Positions 37,550 through 49,955 of a stretch of 64,000 bases of DNA are shown piece by piece (position 1 is the first letter of the stretch; the number at the start of each line of letters is the position of its first letter). A program made the translations under genes and the position numbers. Below the pieces are notes generated by a model. It was not told where the DNA came from. It was given only the letters and a program-made list of their open reading frames with translations, and searched no databases. The stretch is from Kondoa subrosea (lineage: Eukaryota): assembly GCA_039545335.1 (NCBI GenBank), contig BCIN01000010.1, positions 248,001 to 312,000 on the forward strand, written 5' to 3'.

Positions 37550-39909
37550 CTACTTTTTGGGTCTTTTCCTCTTCGACCATTCATCCTTGTAGTACAGGCA
37601 GGACATTCTGTTCCCCTTACCTGGACAGTTCCATATACCTATAAGCAATGCTTTAGCTTGCTCTGTGTGTCCCGCGCTGAAAACTTCTTCCGCTTTGAAC
37701 ACATGGCATTTACAACCATCTCCAGTGCCAGAATTTTTGACCTCAGGTAGTTTCAGGAATGATTAAACGTCAAAGGTCGCGCCGTAGTTGGAGCCTGACG
37801 CACAGCTGACCATCCAGCTAATGCTGTCAGCAAAAATGAGCATCTGCAAACTTCTCGCATGATGTACATACTTGTAGAGCTAGACTGAACAGATCTTGGA
37901 GGTACAGCTTGCAAATTGGAGGATAGCGGTCGACTTTGGGCAGCCGGTAAGGCAGGTTGACCCTCTCTGGCTTTTGCACTTTCATCCAGCACTTCCTGTA
38001 TCTCATGGCTAACACTCTTCAGCAGATCTTGCTTAGTATGAGATTTGCAGACCAATGTATAGAAGGTACTGAGATGTATTGGCAGCTTGTAATGTTGATC
38101 TTTACCATTGGCAGACTCGTTCATTTTAACAGTAAGAGAAGCCCAGTTGATTCTACGATTAGTAGACCAGAACTCTTTCCCATAAGTATTGCGCATTGGC
38201 TGATAGAAGCATTTCTTCTCAGCATCATTTCGCATTTCGGTCATGGGATATTTTAGATTCAATAGTTTGGACAGCAATTTCTTTTCTGTGGGTAAGGAAA
38301 GCGTCTCATCGTCTAGTAGATCATTCAGCACGATTTAGATTGCACGCATAGCCATGGAAACACACAGACATCCATATTCAACTGGTGAGCTAATCCAGCA
38401 GGAATCTTGGCAATACCGTACTGCTCCTCAGTCTGCTCGAAGTGATCACCATTCGTGTATATAGCGTAAGCTGATACCCCAAACAGCTTCCAGAAATTGT
38501 TATCAACCGAATTTCGCAAAGGCAGATCATAGCAGGACTTGAAGATTCGACTATGTCTGTTGCGATAGTGCGCCTGATAGGTGGCTCAGAGTATACGAAG
38601 GATATTAGAGGTGGGAACTGACATCATACGTCCACTCGAATGCCCAAGCAGTCATCCATAGCACAAAGTACACCGTAGAACATTTCAATGCAGAAATATC
38701 TGGCTCGGAGGTTGCCGTGTACTCCTTCGACATCGGAAGTTCCACGGTAAGTCTTGTAGATAGGTAGCGGAGGTAAGTTTCCCTTGTCTGGCCTGGTCCA
38801 ACCTATGACTTGGTGAAGCGACTGATCTTGAGGATCTGAGACAAAACCTTTGGCGATCTTCTCGTATACGCCATTCTCTACTTTGCGATCAGTTTGAGTC
38901 CATAAAGCTTGGCCATCGTTGTCCTCCAGATCCTTGAAATCCGAAAACAGCTTTTTCACCATAGGCAAAAGATCAGCAGCAGCAGGAACAGTTCGTCTAC
39001 AATGTCTCCAAAGCCAATTAGGGCATTGCTTCAGGCAGCTTTCCCAAGTTCGTCCAGCATTCTCTTTCTTTAGGTAATCTTCAATTCGAGCTTTGTCTTC
39101 TGAATCAGGTCTGAGCAATATATCGCGAAACAAAGCGAGGAATAGAGGACGTAAAGGATGCCGAGTATGACATTGAATCTTGAGCATAAGATGAAAGACA
39201 AATGTAGTATAGCCAGAAAGCTATCAAAATTGCGGATCCACATGTTGCCTGATTCGTATGCTTTGATTCTTCCCGTTTCTCTGTACAAGCTTTGAATATT
39301 GCTCTTCACAAATTCCTTAGCCAGTTCTTGTCGCGTAGCCCAACCCTGCCGACTTCTACTAGACTTTCGCTCTGATTCCTCAGTCTCTGAATTCTCCATA
39401 TCATCATCATCTTCTTCATCATCGTCTTCTTCACCTTCATCGAGATCTGCAAAGAGGTCTGGAGATGGAGAAGCCTCGGAATCTTGGTCTAAATGGGCAG
39501 CATGTTCCTCTAAACGAGAAAAGCAGAACCCGTTACGGGAAGGCACATAGATTGCTCGATTGCTTACCTTCAGAGTCTTCATCTCTGTTCAGAGCCCTGT
39601 GTAAACCTCGAGCTTGATATGGTTCGAAGCGTTGCACTACATAGAGCTCAGCGAGCGCAATAAGGCAGACATGTGACACACAGAATGCGTCGATCTCTGC
39701 TTGAGTTGGAGGATTTTGTGATCCAGGAGCTAGAGCTAACATGAGTACAGAAGAGAGAACAGCGCATAAGACAAACTCTGGGCAAGAGCTGGAGTTGCTC
39801 TAGCTGCTTTGGCTCTTCTCTTCTTACTTTTGCTCTTAGTTGTGTTCGCGTTCCCAGACGCTTTTCGCGGAGCATACTTGGCTCCTTTCGCTGGTCCTCG
39901 CTTGCCCAT
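37550..39909 (-). mobile_element. Degenerate, spliced, internally deleted DNA-transposase-like gene (fungal family with DxxH-type and RGTxxxEG motifs; pseudogene)
   Basis: Basic N-terminus, acidic tract and YESGNMWIR are followed by a frame change into VFHLMLKI..RHPLRPLF..FRD, WLWRHCRRTVP, GFVSDP, LPIYKTYRGTSDVEGVH, EQYGIAKIP, NGKDQHYKLPIHL, and a frameshifted CPGKGNRMSC tail. It interrupts an otherwise housekeeping gene block. Confidence 0.7.
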
Positions 39910-40157
39910 AATTTCACAGAAGTATATTAGACAAAGGAAAGATAGAGTGGGTATTTGGAAGCCTGATATCAACACAGAGGGTATTGCTCGCAATGCAGCT
40001 CAGCTGTGGTTATACTCTGCAAAGGAAGTCTTGGGTTGGACTTGTTTGGCGCGACACGTGATGGTTTTTTTGTAAGCTATACCTTGGACACTTGGGCCAC
40101 CAGACTTGGAACGCTTGCCTTTCGCGCTGTTGCCTTAGTGCAAACGACCATTTCCGA

Positions 40158-42537
40158 ATGGTTGCGTCTCGCACCGTTGCAAACCGCGCTTCTGGCAAAG
40201 GCTCACCATATCGCAGGCCTGCAGCTACACAATCTGCTCCTTCAACGCCCCGAGGAGGAATCCGCAGCTTCTTGGGATCTCTGATTTTTGGTACGCCTGC
40301 TAGAGCAGCAACACCAGAAGAGGCAGAGGATGCAAATCTTGAAGAAGGCAATCCTTCAGAGTGCGACGCGCAGTCGGATCCGGACAATGACATCCAAATG
40401 GCATCTGCCCAAAAATCAGCCCAATTCCATTCATCAGGCCAAGGTTGGAATGATCCTCCTGCAAGCGCACTAACGCCTAAAAGTGCGCCTATCGGTCGTA
40501 CAAATGGCTTTACCGAACAACAACAGCAGCAGCAGCCCGTACCGAATCACGGAAGAGAAGCTTCTGGCTCTGGCTCTGCCGCAATTCCCAATAGCGCTAC
40601 AGAACAGCTAGAGAGCTTCTTCAGGGCAAAACGGGTTGCGGGAGAAAGTCTGTCCACAGAGGAAGCTATAGACGTCGTAAGGCTAGTTGCAGAAGCGCAA
40701 CTACCTTCGTCCCGAGTTCCGTCTTCCGCATTTACCTTTCGTGCAGCGACGCCTAGGAGTGTAGGTCTTTGTCTCGTCAGAAAATGCGCATGTTTAATTT
40801 CCAGTCAGAATTCCTTCTTGCCGGGCCAAGCTCTCACTTCTGCTCTGTCTTCCCGGTCTTTGCGGCTTAGCTCTTCTGCCTCTTTGCCTTCGCTCTCCTC
40901 ATTTGCTCCTCCTACTCCCGAATCTAAGCCGTCCATTCTTGGGACAACATCTCCAGCAACAAGGAATCGTCCGTCAGCCAGAAACATCTATCTCGGGCCT
41001 GGGCATAGTGGATCGTCCATCGCAGCACGAAGACGTCGATTGGCGCAATCTTCAGCTCTGCTCAATCCAGCTCTACGCAAGTCTGATAGCGAAAGTGCTT
41101 TGAGCCAGTTTTCCAAGGATGATAGACGTTCAGATTGGGAATTGCCCGCAACTAAACGCAGAAGGATGGAAGGGCAGCAAGAGACTGAAGTGGCAGCGCC
41201 CTCGCCGTTACCGATAGCTCACAAGCCAATCGTCACACCTATGGCAGCTTTTGTCGCTAATAAGAAGGCTATGAGCACTACTCCAGCTAGACCGTCACCT
41301 TTATCCAAGCCTATTGGTAGCTTACTCATCTGTTGTTGTTTTCCTAACTAATGGAAAGGGTTTGGTAGAGTCACCCGATTCAGCCAAAATGAATGCGATT
41401 GCTGGTGCCTCGAAGATAACGAGCAGGGCTGCCAGTGCTATGCTTGATATTATGAAAGCAGCGGAAGCTGAAGCCCAACCTGTAACTTCTCACATGAAGC
41501 CCATTTTCGATCTGCTTCTCTAATCCGCATTTTTGCGATTCAGAAAGTCGCTCAAAAGCAGATACTCAATCCTTTCGATCGGGACGATTCCGCTCTATCG
41601 CGAATACCCAACACTCGGTCACGAGCGAAAGTATGCTCAATGTCTCAAATCGCCAGTGGTATTTACTGATGTTCTGTTGTTCAGGCGGCTACTGGTGACA
41701 CAGTGCCTGCTACCGCCACACCTAAACGCAAATCAACCACTGGCAAGAAAACGATGTCGCCTGCTCTCAACAGAGAGTCGATTATTCGGAGCACCACCGC
41801 CAAACCGATGTCAGTGAAAGAACGGATGGAGAAGAGTATGCCTTTGGTGTGTTTTCTCTTCTTGTAACGTCCATGTACAGCTTTTCTGACCGTGGATGCA
41901 GGAATATCGAGAGAAATTGGCGAGATCTGCAGATGTTATCAAGCCGGATCTCGAATTGACAAAAAAAGCATCTAAGAAAGCTCGAATGGAAGAAAGTCGG
42001 GATGCTCGGACAGAAGATGCGGCGGCCGTACAGTCAACGAGCAAAGAGTCGCAACAAAGTGCTCAACCTGCAAGCCAATCGCTTTCAATCCCGGAAACCG
42101 GACCCTCCAAGAAGACTAAAGGGAAAGGGAAACCTCCAGCAGAAGGAACTGCCGTCTTCGAAATCGACGACTCGACTTCGGAAGAAGAGAAAGTTGCCGA
42201 GCCGCAAGCGAAATCTACCTCTATTTCAAAGTCTCAGACGGTGCGCGAGCTTCAACAACCCCCAAAAAATACAGTCGAAGCTACTCCAGCATCTCATCCT
42301 TCAACAAATCATGTCAATTCGCTGAAGGTCCCCGAATCCTCGCATACAGATGGCACCGAAGATGCTAAGAGGAAAGCATTGGCAATTTTAGCTGCATCTT
42401 TGCCTCAATTCGACTTCGGTGCACAAGCCTCAACACAACCTTCAAGTATTACCGAAGCGACGACAAAGCAGCAGGAGGAGGCGTTGAAATTGCCTACGGA
42501 GCTTCTACCTGTCTTCGACTTATCGGCTGCCGCATAG
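40158..42537 (+). CDS. NUP60: Nup60-like nuclear basket nucleoporin
   Basis: N-terminal SPYRRP and amphipathic GGIRSFLGSLIFG, helical region ATEQLESFFRAKR..ESLSTEEAIDVVRLV, NLS-like TKRRR, and C-terminal LPQFDF / LPVFDL motifs. Confidence 0.65.
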
Positions 42538-42689
42538 TATTTCTTTATCCAGGGATGCAATCAACAGTTGTAGTTTGTCGCTCGATGTACACATTAGATG
42601 TCCTTGCTACTACAGCAGACTACAGCCTCGGTTCCCATCGGCTCGTAGCATAGTCATAGTGTGAGAAAAACAACCACGTCAGTTTCTCC

Positions 42690-43379
42690 ATGGCGCGTAT
42701 CCCTCGAAGTAGGAGCTTCGTAGATAGCATCGACATACGTTGATATTCCTGGATATAGATTTCCGATTGCTGGAAGAGCTGGAAAAGGGCGAAAAGGGTC
42801 TAAGCACTGAAGTGTCCTGCTCGTATGGATTGAAGGATGGAGATGACAACAGTCAGCTTCTGTCTCAAGTGATACTGCGCTCATACTCATAGGTCGCCCT
42901 CACAGCCATGAGTGAATGGGCGTGCACAATTCTCGGTCCAGGGCATGTCAGTCTCAATCAAGCTCAAATCACTTTCCTATTACTTGCTCACACGCGAGGC
43001 GGACAGTCTGTGCACGAGAACAGGATTTACTCGCTCGAAATCATCTGTGGACCAAGCTACCCTGATCTTCCGCCAGAGGTCAAATTCTTGACAAAGATCA
43101 ACTTGCCTTGCGTAGATCAGACAAATGGCAAAGTAGGCGGCTAGATCTTAGAGATGTGCGTTAATGAAAATAATGTCGCATTAGGTTTTGGCCAATCGCT
43201 TTCCGACCTTGGGATCCTGGTCGCGAAACTTTACGATGGAGAAGATCTTGGTAGACCTGCGTCGGTCCGTCCATAGCATCCAAGCGCCGAATAATGCGCT
43301 CGCTGATATTTGTATCAGGAGTATGGCAGAACCGCAGAACCGCAAACTTCCTCAACCGCAAGAAGGTGATCAATTCTAA
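42690..43379 (+). CDS. MMS2: Ubiquitin-conjugating enzyme variant Mms2/Uev1
   Basis: MARIPRNFRLLEELEKGEKG, CSYGL, TILGPGHSVHENRIYSLEIICGPSYPDLPP and KLPQPQEG. Confidence 0.96.
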
Positions 43380-43452
43380 TTGCAGAGTCGCAAAGGCATT
43401 GGTCAATCTTTTGTACATAGCATACACACAAATGAAATTGCAGTCAAGAATA

Positions 43453-44315
43453 TCATGCTAAGCCTTCCAAGAATTCCAGCCTATCTAATATGACCGTCTT
43501 TGAAGTCTCTTCTATCTCTCCGGCCAGAAACACTTCATCCAAGATAGCGTACACCTGCATTTGCGTTTAAGAGTGTTGCCTCGCGGTATAAGCTGTTGAA
43601 TACCTAATATCAAATGCTTGTAAGCTAGGTAAGATAATCCGACGGTTGTCTTGACAAACCTTATAGAAATTGAAGACTAGATCTAACTCGCATACCTACA
43701 AGCTGACTGAGCAGGGCTCAGTCAATCAGATAACGAGTCTTACATTGCCGAAGAACGCATCTACTAGCAAGTCAGCATTTCTACTGCGTATTTTCAATGA
43801 CGGACTCACCCAGAACCTCAACGAATAAATGGATGGCCTCCAAATAGGCCAACTCGTTGTCGTTCGCATCGACGCAAATGCAGAAGAAGAGACCAGCATA
43901 CCGTCGGTACACGATCTTGTAATTGCGAAACTGGAAGGCAAACAAGCATAAGATGCCAAAAACTCTCGTTCGAGGCAGTCTAGCGAACCTCTACGAAGTT
44001 ACTTTGATATTTCTGATCCCGTGGTGCTATAAGTCGATGCACTTCGCCCCTGATGCGGACTTTCTCTTCATCATCATACGGGACATCTTCTTTGCTCTTT
44101 CAGCCAAAGACAAACAAGCCCTAAAATAAACGCTGTGGACCTACACCATTTCGACAGTCGCGTCTTGCCTTGACGATTCTGTGTTCAAATCTAGTCAGTG
44201 AACGAAACCTAAGGAACGAGCGCTGAATGTCCAGCACCTGTACGAGTACAAATCGCTGCGAGAGTATTCAGTCTATCATTACAAACAAACAAAAAACGAG
44301 CGAGCGCACTATCAT
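43453..44315 (-). CDS. APS2: AP-2 adaptor complex sigma subunit
   Basis: [88 protein letters not shown]. Confidence 0.95.
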
Positions 44316-44428
44316 TGCATCGTCGCGAAGGGAAGAGATCAGTGTGTCTGATTATTAATTGCAATCAAGTGCAATCTTTGTTGTCGGTTCTGCAGGCTAG
44401 AGTACACGAGGAATGCTGCTTTACAAAG

Positions 44429-47400
44429 CTACTGTATAGCACTCTTATGACGAGACAGAATCGTCCGAAGGATTTGCATATAGTCCGCGTTCGACACTTC
44501 ATCATTGTTAGCTTGATGTTTTGCCGTCCATTCCTCTAGCATCCGGTTGACGAGGTTGTTCTTATCTGCATCTTCGTGCTCGTTGAGCCATCTTACATAC
44601 TCCGCTTCTGACCAATTTTGAGATTTGTTTGGCAGCGGCAGACTGGAGCGAACTATGACTTGATGCAGCAAGACTATTGCAGGGATGCTCGCAGTTTGTC
44701 GCTCATCCGTCAAATCTTTGTCTTCAATGAATAAGAATGGCCTGATAAAATAATTAATCATACAGTCCAGCTATTAGACACGCTAAAATACTTACCGGAA
44801 AGCCCTAAGAGAAGTAAAGTCGTCGCCCAAAGCTACCATACCGACTTTGTGATCCGAAAGCAATTGGTTTACGGAGAACTCCAGAGATGTGAGATCGGAG
44901 ACCAGCTTCAGCTTGCCAGATTCACCCAATGGTCTGACCAATGAAGCGTGGAGGATGAAATCACGCAGTAGGAACCGTGCCAGATCAATTGCCCTGTCCG
45001 TCCAGCATGTTAATTTACGTAAGCTCTTAGAACTGGGTCAGACCTACCAGTCCTTGGACATTTCACCAATCTTCAGCGGCGCAAACATCTCGCTGCGAAC
45101 ATATACTAATTTGTCTGCCAGATCTTTCATATATGGTGAACTGCTGCCCGCCCCGTCGGCGCTTGATTTGTCAAAATTGACCTTGTGCATCCTTGCTAGA
45201 ATATTGGAAAATTCCCTTCTGATCGCGCCCAGTAATGGGGCGGCTATACTGAAGAGCGTGGATCGAACTTTTGATACATTTGGTGCGAGTAATTCTGGGA
45301 TGCGACTTGAGACAGGAAAGTCCGACGATAGAGTGCGAATCAGGGGTTGCCAAAAGTGATATAGCGCATTGATTAGTTCTGCGTTCAGAGACTGAGAGGG
45401 AGAGCTGCTAGGTCCAATCAAAGATGTAGCGGAGTAGTCTTTTGCAATCTGAGCGTTTCCTTAGTCTTGCGAGGAGGCATTCGTATTGCATGACGTACTA
45501 GAGCTTCAATTCTCGCTACGAAGGCATCTATAGCTTGCGCTACATTCTTCGCGACACTAGAAACCAGCAAAGGATCGAAACGAGACGAGTCCAATTCGTT
45601 TGCCATTGCTCTGCCAATCGTCAATCCTTCCGACGCGCCAGGAGGTAGTCGCAAGCCTCCATTAAACGCTAGAGATGTAGCTGCGTTGAGCCTTTCGGTG
45701 CATCGCGTGAGGTACAGGGTTTCGAAGGATTGCACGGCTCGCAGTAGAAGAATTGTCTCTGGGCTGTGCATAAAAAACAATGAAGGAGATACCGTTAGTC
45801 AATCTGGTGCGACCTACCTCTGATGCTCTTGAGTATAGACGGTGTCCGTGTGCACTGCAATTTTCGAGAAGAACTCTTGAATCAGCCTCAAAAGGCGCGG
45901 ATAATTGCCGCCCAGAGTCTGCTGAAGAAATGTGGATGCTACATAACATATACAGATCAGAAAAACGACATGGGCTCAACGAGAGGAGTCGGTCAATACC
46001 TTTCATTGCGTGCCTGGACTGACTTTCGAAAGCTTGAGTCAAGCTGGTCCAAAACACGAAGCTTGGCTTGCCCTCCAGGGAAGCGAGGCAGAGGTCAAGA
46101 AAGGATGATTGCGAGGCACTGTCCTTCTTCCTCAACAAGACTTTCTCCAACGTATATACCTATCGGCCGGTCAGCTGCTTCCGAGCAACACTGTGTCCAA
46201 CTTACTTTGATGCAGCATTCTGCCATATCCTGAATCAGGCCTTCGAGTCGATTCCAGAGTGCTAGAGTCCATTGCGGTAGCGTCACATTTGTAGGCTCTG
46301 TTCTCGCTCGACTTTTGTACGACACAAACAGAGGATTGGAATTCGCCGCTTCTATATACGAATGGTCGATGTAAGTACCCGCAATTGACTGTGCATTGAG
46401 TCGCACCTTTACCCCCCATTTCGCGTGCCAAAGAGGACATGTCAAAAGACGCTCGTATGCGCACTTGCACAGCTTCCGTTAGATCCGCGACAAGCGACGA
46501 GACCAAATTTGGTAGAACGCCAAGATTGTGAGCAGTTTGTAAAGAGGAAGCAAGCATTTCCTGATTCTAAGCACAACCCATGTTGGTGAACCCCGAATTG
46601 CGCTGAGCGAGAAGCAGATAGAGACGGACCAAATCTGTCAGGCCGATTCTGACCATACTTTCCATCTCGTCGGTCACTCGTTCACGGGCTTCTTCAATTG
46701 CTATGAGATGAGGATCTATAGAGTTGATCGAGCGGATTGGTAAGGGCGCTTCCGATCCCGTTTCAGACGGAGGATCCTCGGTGATTGATCCTATGGTCAG
46801 GTGTCAGCTGACTGAAGAATGAATGTCTTTCGTTCCGAAACAAACTAAGCTCGGATAGCGTCAAAGCAGCTTCTGCCAATGCTCGATCTTTATTGCTAGG
46901 ACTAGCTTCGAGCTCTTTCATTTGTACATTGAGTCTTTTGGCCAGGACGACAAGCCTTGCAGATCTTCTGACTAGATCAGAGATTCTGTTGAGTCGACCT
47001 AAACGGGTTATAGAACTTGAAAGCGAATTGTAGGGGACCGAGATCTTCTTGCGAAGTCTGTCCACGCCGTTATCCACTTCTTGAAGGCCTGACCTGACTT
47101 TAGACAAAGATGTTTCAAGCTGCGTAACGGAAGCTGCTTGTAAGAGAAGATCTGAATGGTTGGATGTGATCTGAGCCGCAGGTTATTGAGCACCTGGCTT
47201 CCTTCCTGCCAAGTGACAGCATGTATCGCCGACGCACCTCTTGACGAAGTTGCGCATTAAGCGTATCTATGCCCGTGTTCAATCTTGCCAAAGCACTCCC
47301 AACATCGGTTTCCAATTCTGCCCGTTCTTCTAGTATATTTGAAGGGTTGTACGCTTCTTTGGATAAGACCGAGTTCGCGTATTCATTGACATTGAATTTC

Positions 47401-47486
47401 TCAGCTTTGAAAACAGCGAACTGCGGTTGACTTGCTACATCTTGCACCGTATGGGCCTGATTCAGCAGCTCGTTGCTCTCGGGCAT
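44429..47486 (-). CDS. COG5: Conserved oligomeric Golgi complex subunit 5
   Basis: FNVNEYANSVL...ALARLNTGIDTL, LASSLQTAHNLGVL, LWNRLE, VYTLEKVLLRKKD, FWTSL, LGGNYPRLLRL and WSEAEYVRWLNEH. Confidence 0.92.
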
Positions 47487-47580
47487 TCTTGTAGCTGCTA
47501 TGGTATGTTGGCTGACCTTGCCATGGTAAGCTCGCCGTATCGCGTCAGAACTTCGCCATTGATTTTGCACAAGAACAGCG

Positions 47581-48189
47581 ATGTTCTTACGAAAGTCGAC
47601 ACTGCGAAGCCGAGCGTTCTCTCAAGTTTCAGCTCTGCGCTTGCCTGGATTGATCGACAGGCGTCCAGATCCAGACACGAATTATTTCAAACTCTTCTCT
47701 CTTAAGCCTTCTTATTCTGTTCCTTTGCCAGCCCTCAAGTCTGCCTTTCTACAATTACAAAGACAAGTTCATCCGGATGCCTACTCTGGTCGAGCAGACT
47801 TGGAGAATCGAGCGCATGAGTGGTCAGAGCTAGTCAACAAGGCATACAAGACTTTGAGCAATCCGCTAGAACGGGCAGAATACTGTCTTCGGCTGCAAGG
47901 GGTTGAAATTGCAGAGGCCGAAAGCTTGGAAGACCCGACTCTGTTGATGGAAATCATGGAGATGAGGGAACAAGTCGAAGATGCTCAGACGCAGGAGGAG
48001 ATTGACGATCTCAGACAAGGCAATCAAAAGGAGATAAAGACTGCTATGCAAACTTTAGGTCAAGCTTTGGACGAGGGACAATTGCAAGAGGCAAAAGCAA
48101 TGACGATCAAATTGAGATACCTGTCAAACGTCGAGAATGTCTGTCGCGAATGGTCTGGTGCGGGTCAAAGCAACAATGTGCAACACTAG
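47581..48189 (+). CDS. JAC1: Mitochondrial Fe-S co-chaperone Jac1/HscB
   Basis: Intronless ORF with a basic presequence, NYFKLF, LQRQVHPD (J-domain HPD), VNKAYKTLSNPLERAEY and LLMEIMEMRE. Confidence 0.95.
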   Translation: MFLRKSTLRSRAFSQVSALRLPGLIDRRPDPDTNYFKLFSLKPSYSVPLPALKSAFLQLQRQVHPDAYSGRADLENRAHEWSELVNKAYKTLSNPLERAEYCLRLQGVEIAEAESLEDPTLLMEIMEMREQVEDAQTQEEIDDLRQGNQKEIKTAMQTLGQALDEGQLQEAKAMTIKLRYLSNVENVCREWSGAGQSNNVQH

Positions 48190-48748
48190 CCATGTAAGCT
48201 CGTGGATCTCAAGGAGAATCGTTTTCATAATTCTTCTACATAGAATGTGCCCACATCACGAAAGTTGTCCGAATGCTCTTCTGTACCCCACGCGCAGGTC
48301 CTTGAACGAAGAGTCAAGCACGCACGTGCCAACATGCATCGGATAGTGGTAAAGCTGTTCCGCCTGCGCGACGAGTTCAGCAGTCTCAATTGAACAAAGA
48401 ATCTGTAGGTTCTTTCAACTGAGCATATCGATAGCCAGTGTCGAACCAGAAGACCTCTCGCTATCTTACAAACTTGGTGTGTATATGGATTTGGACATGT
48501 GTCTGATCAGCGGCAAGACCGTGAGAAGGCGTGAGGAGTGCAAGGAGTACACACAAGCGCGAAAGCAGCTGCATTCCATATTAGTCTGCATTGGGTAATT
48601 AGTCTTGATCATGTAATCTAAATCATATGATCGATTTGTGTAGTCCTTGCTCTGGTTTGTATTGAACAAAACTCACACTTTCTCGAGATTGTCTATTATA
48701 CAATTGTGATCATCCTGACGAACGGTGGTTCAGATCCGTCAACCTACA

Positions 48749-49900
48749 ATGGCCGCTGTAACCGACGAATGGCAAGCATGGGATGATGTCGAATTCTACA
48801 CTCGCCGATGGCAGGCTGCTAATCCAGTCGCCCATGTAGTCTTTGTTCACGGTTTTATGGAACATATTCAGAGATATGAAGCTTTCTTCTCTCGTTTGGC
48901 TGAAGCAGGCATCTCGATCTTTGCATTTGATCAGTGAGAGCTCTTTCGTCTCGCATTCGTAATTACTCTAACTAATGTCTTAGGCGGGGCTTTGGTCGCA
49001 CAGCTCAGAAGACTAGCACCCAAGGCATCACTTCTGCTGCGGATCAGCTCAAGGATCTTGATCACTTTATATTACGAGAGTCAAAGGAAGGCAAGAGATT
49101 GTTCTTGTTTGGGCACTCCATGGTACATCTTCCAAGTACATCCACCAACCTTTCTCTGATGTGAATTGGTAGGGAGGAGCCATCGTTCTGCAGTATGCGA
49201 CTCAATCTCCTCCTTTGCCTGGACTTTCGTCCGTTTGTGGAGTAATCTCGAGCTCGCCCTTGATAAACCAAGCAGATGCAGTCAAGGCGCCTGCGCTTCT
49301 GATCAAAGCTGGGGGCTGGATAGGTAAGTTGTTACCGTCACTTCAGATGAATGTTGGCGTTGCGAGCAAGGTTGGCCAATGATGCTCCTCCATCTGCGCA
49401 TCCCTGAGCTCAAAGGTCTATTGCAGGATATTTCCAGAGATCCAGATGTACAAGCTGAATACGCTGCGGATCCACTTTGCCCTCCAACTGGATCATACAA
49501 AGGGTAAGTTATCCTGCTCAGGTCATGTGTCAGCGCCCATGAGCTAGATCATTGTTTTCAGTGTCGCGGATATGCTGATAGGAGGACCTAAACTGCTGCA
49601 AGATGGCTATCAAAATTTCCCGAAGAAGCTACCTTTGCTTATGTATCACGGTACTGCCGACCGGGTCACGTCTTTCGATTCTTCTAAAGAGCTGGAAGGC
49701 AAGATTGATGCCGAGGATAAGCGGTTTGTGGCTTTCGATGGATATTACCACGAGCCGCACAATGAGGTTCGTCTCTTGAGCTTCAAAGGTCTGCTTTTTG
49801 GTGGTTCTAGACTGATGATGTGCTCTGTCGAAAGCCCGAGGAAGATAAATGGGCGGTTGCCAAACTTTTGCAAGATTGGATTTTAGAACGATGCAAATAA
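48749..49900 (+). CDS. YJU3: Monoglyceride lipase / lysophospholipase (Hydrolase_4)
   Basis: VFVHGFMEHIQRY, FAFDQRGFGRT, FLFGHSMGG (nucleophile elbow), ISRDP, MYHGTADRVT and GYYHEPHNE. Confidence 0.85.
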
Positions 49901-49955
49901 CTTTGATAATGTGTATTGTATATGTGCTACCGACTTCTTATCTATTGTGTAGTCT

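Noticed and set aside
37060..40109. Possible terminal inverted repeats of the transposon relic (CCAAGTCTG near 37077 vs CAGACTTGG at 40101; TCGCGC..ACCCAAG pattern; four CTTGG motifs at 40030-40109)
   Set aside because: Only 9 bp match perfectly and I found no target-site duplication, so this cannot be distinguished from chance without other copies.
43555..43659. Longer APS2 intron (105 nt) with an internal TAG|21 nt|GTATTC stop-containing cassette
   Set aside because: The upstream intron piece would be only 35 nt, below the size range seen in this window.
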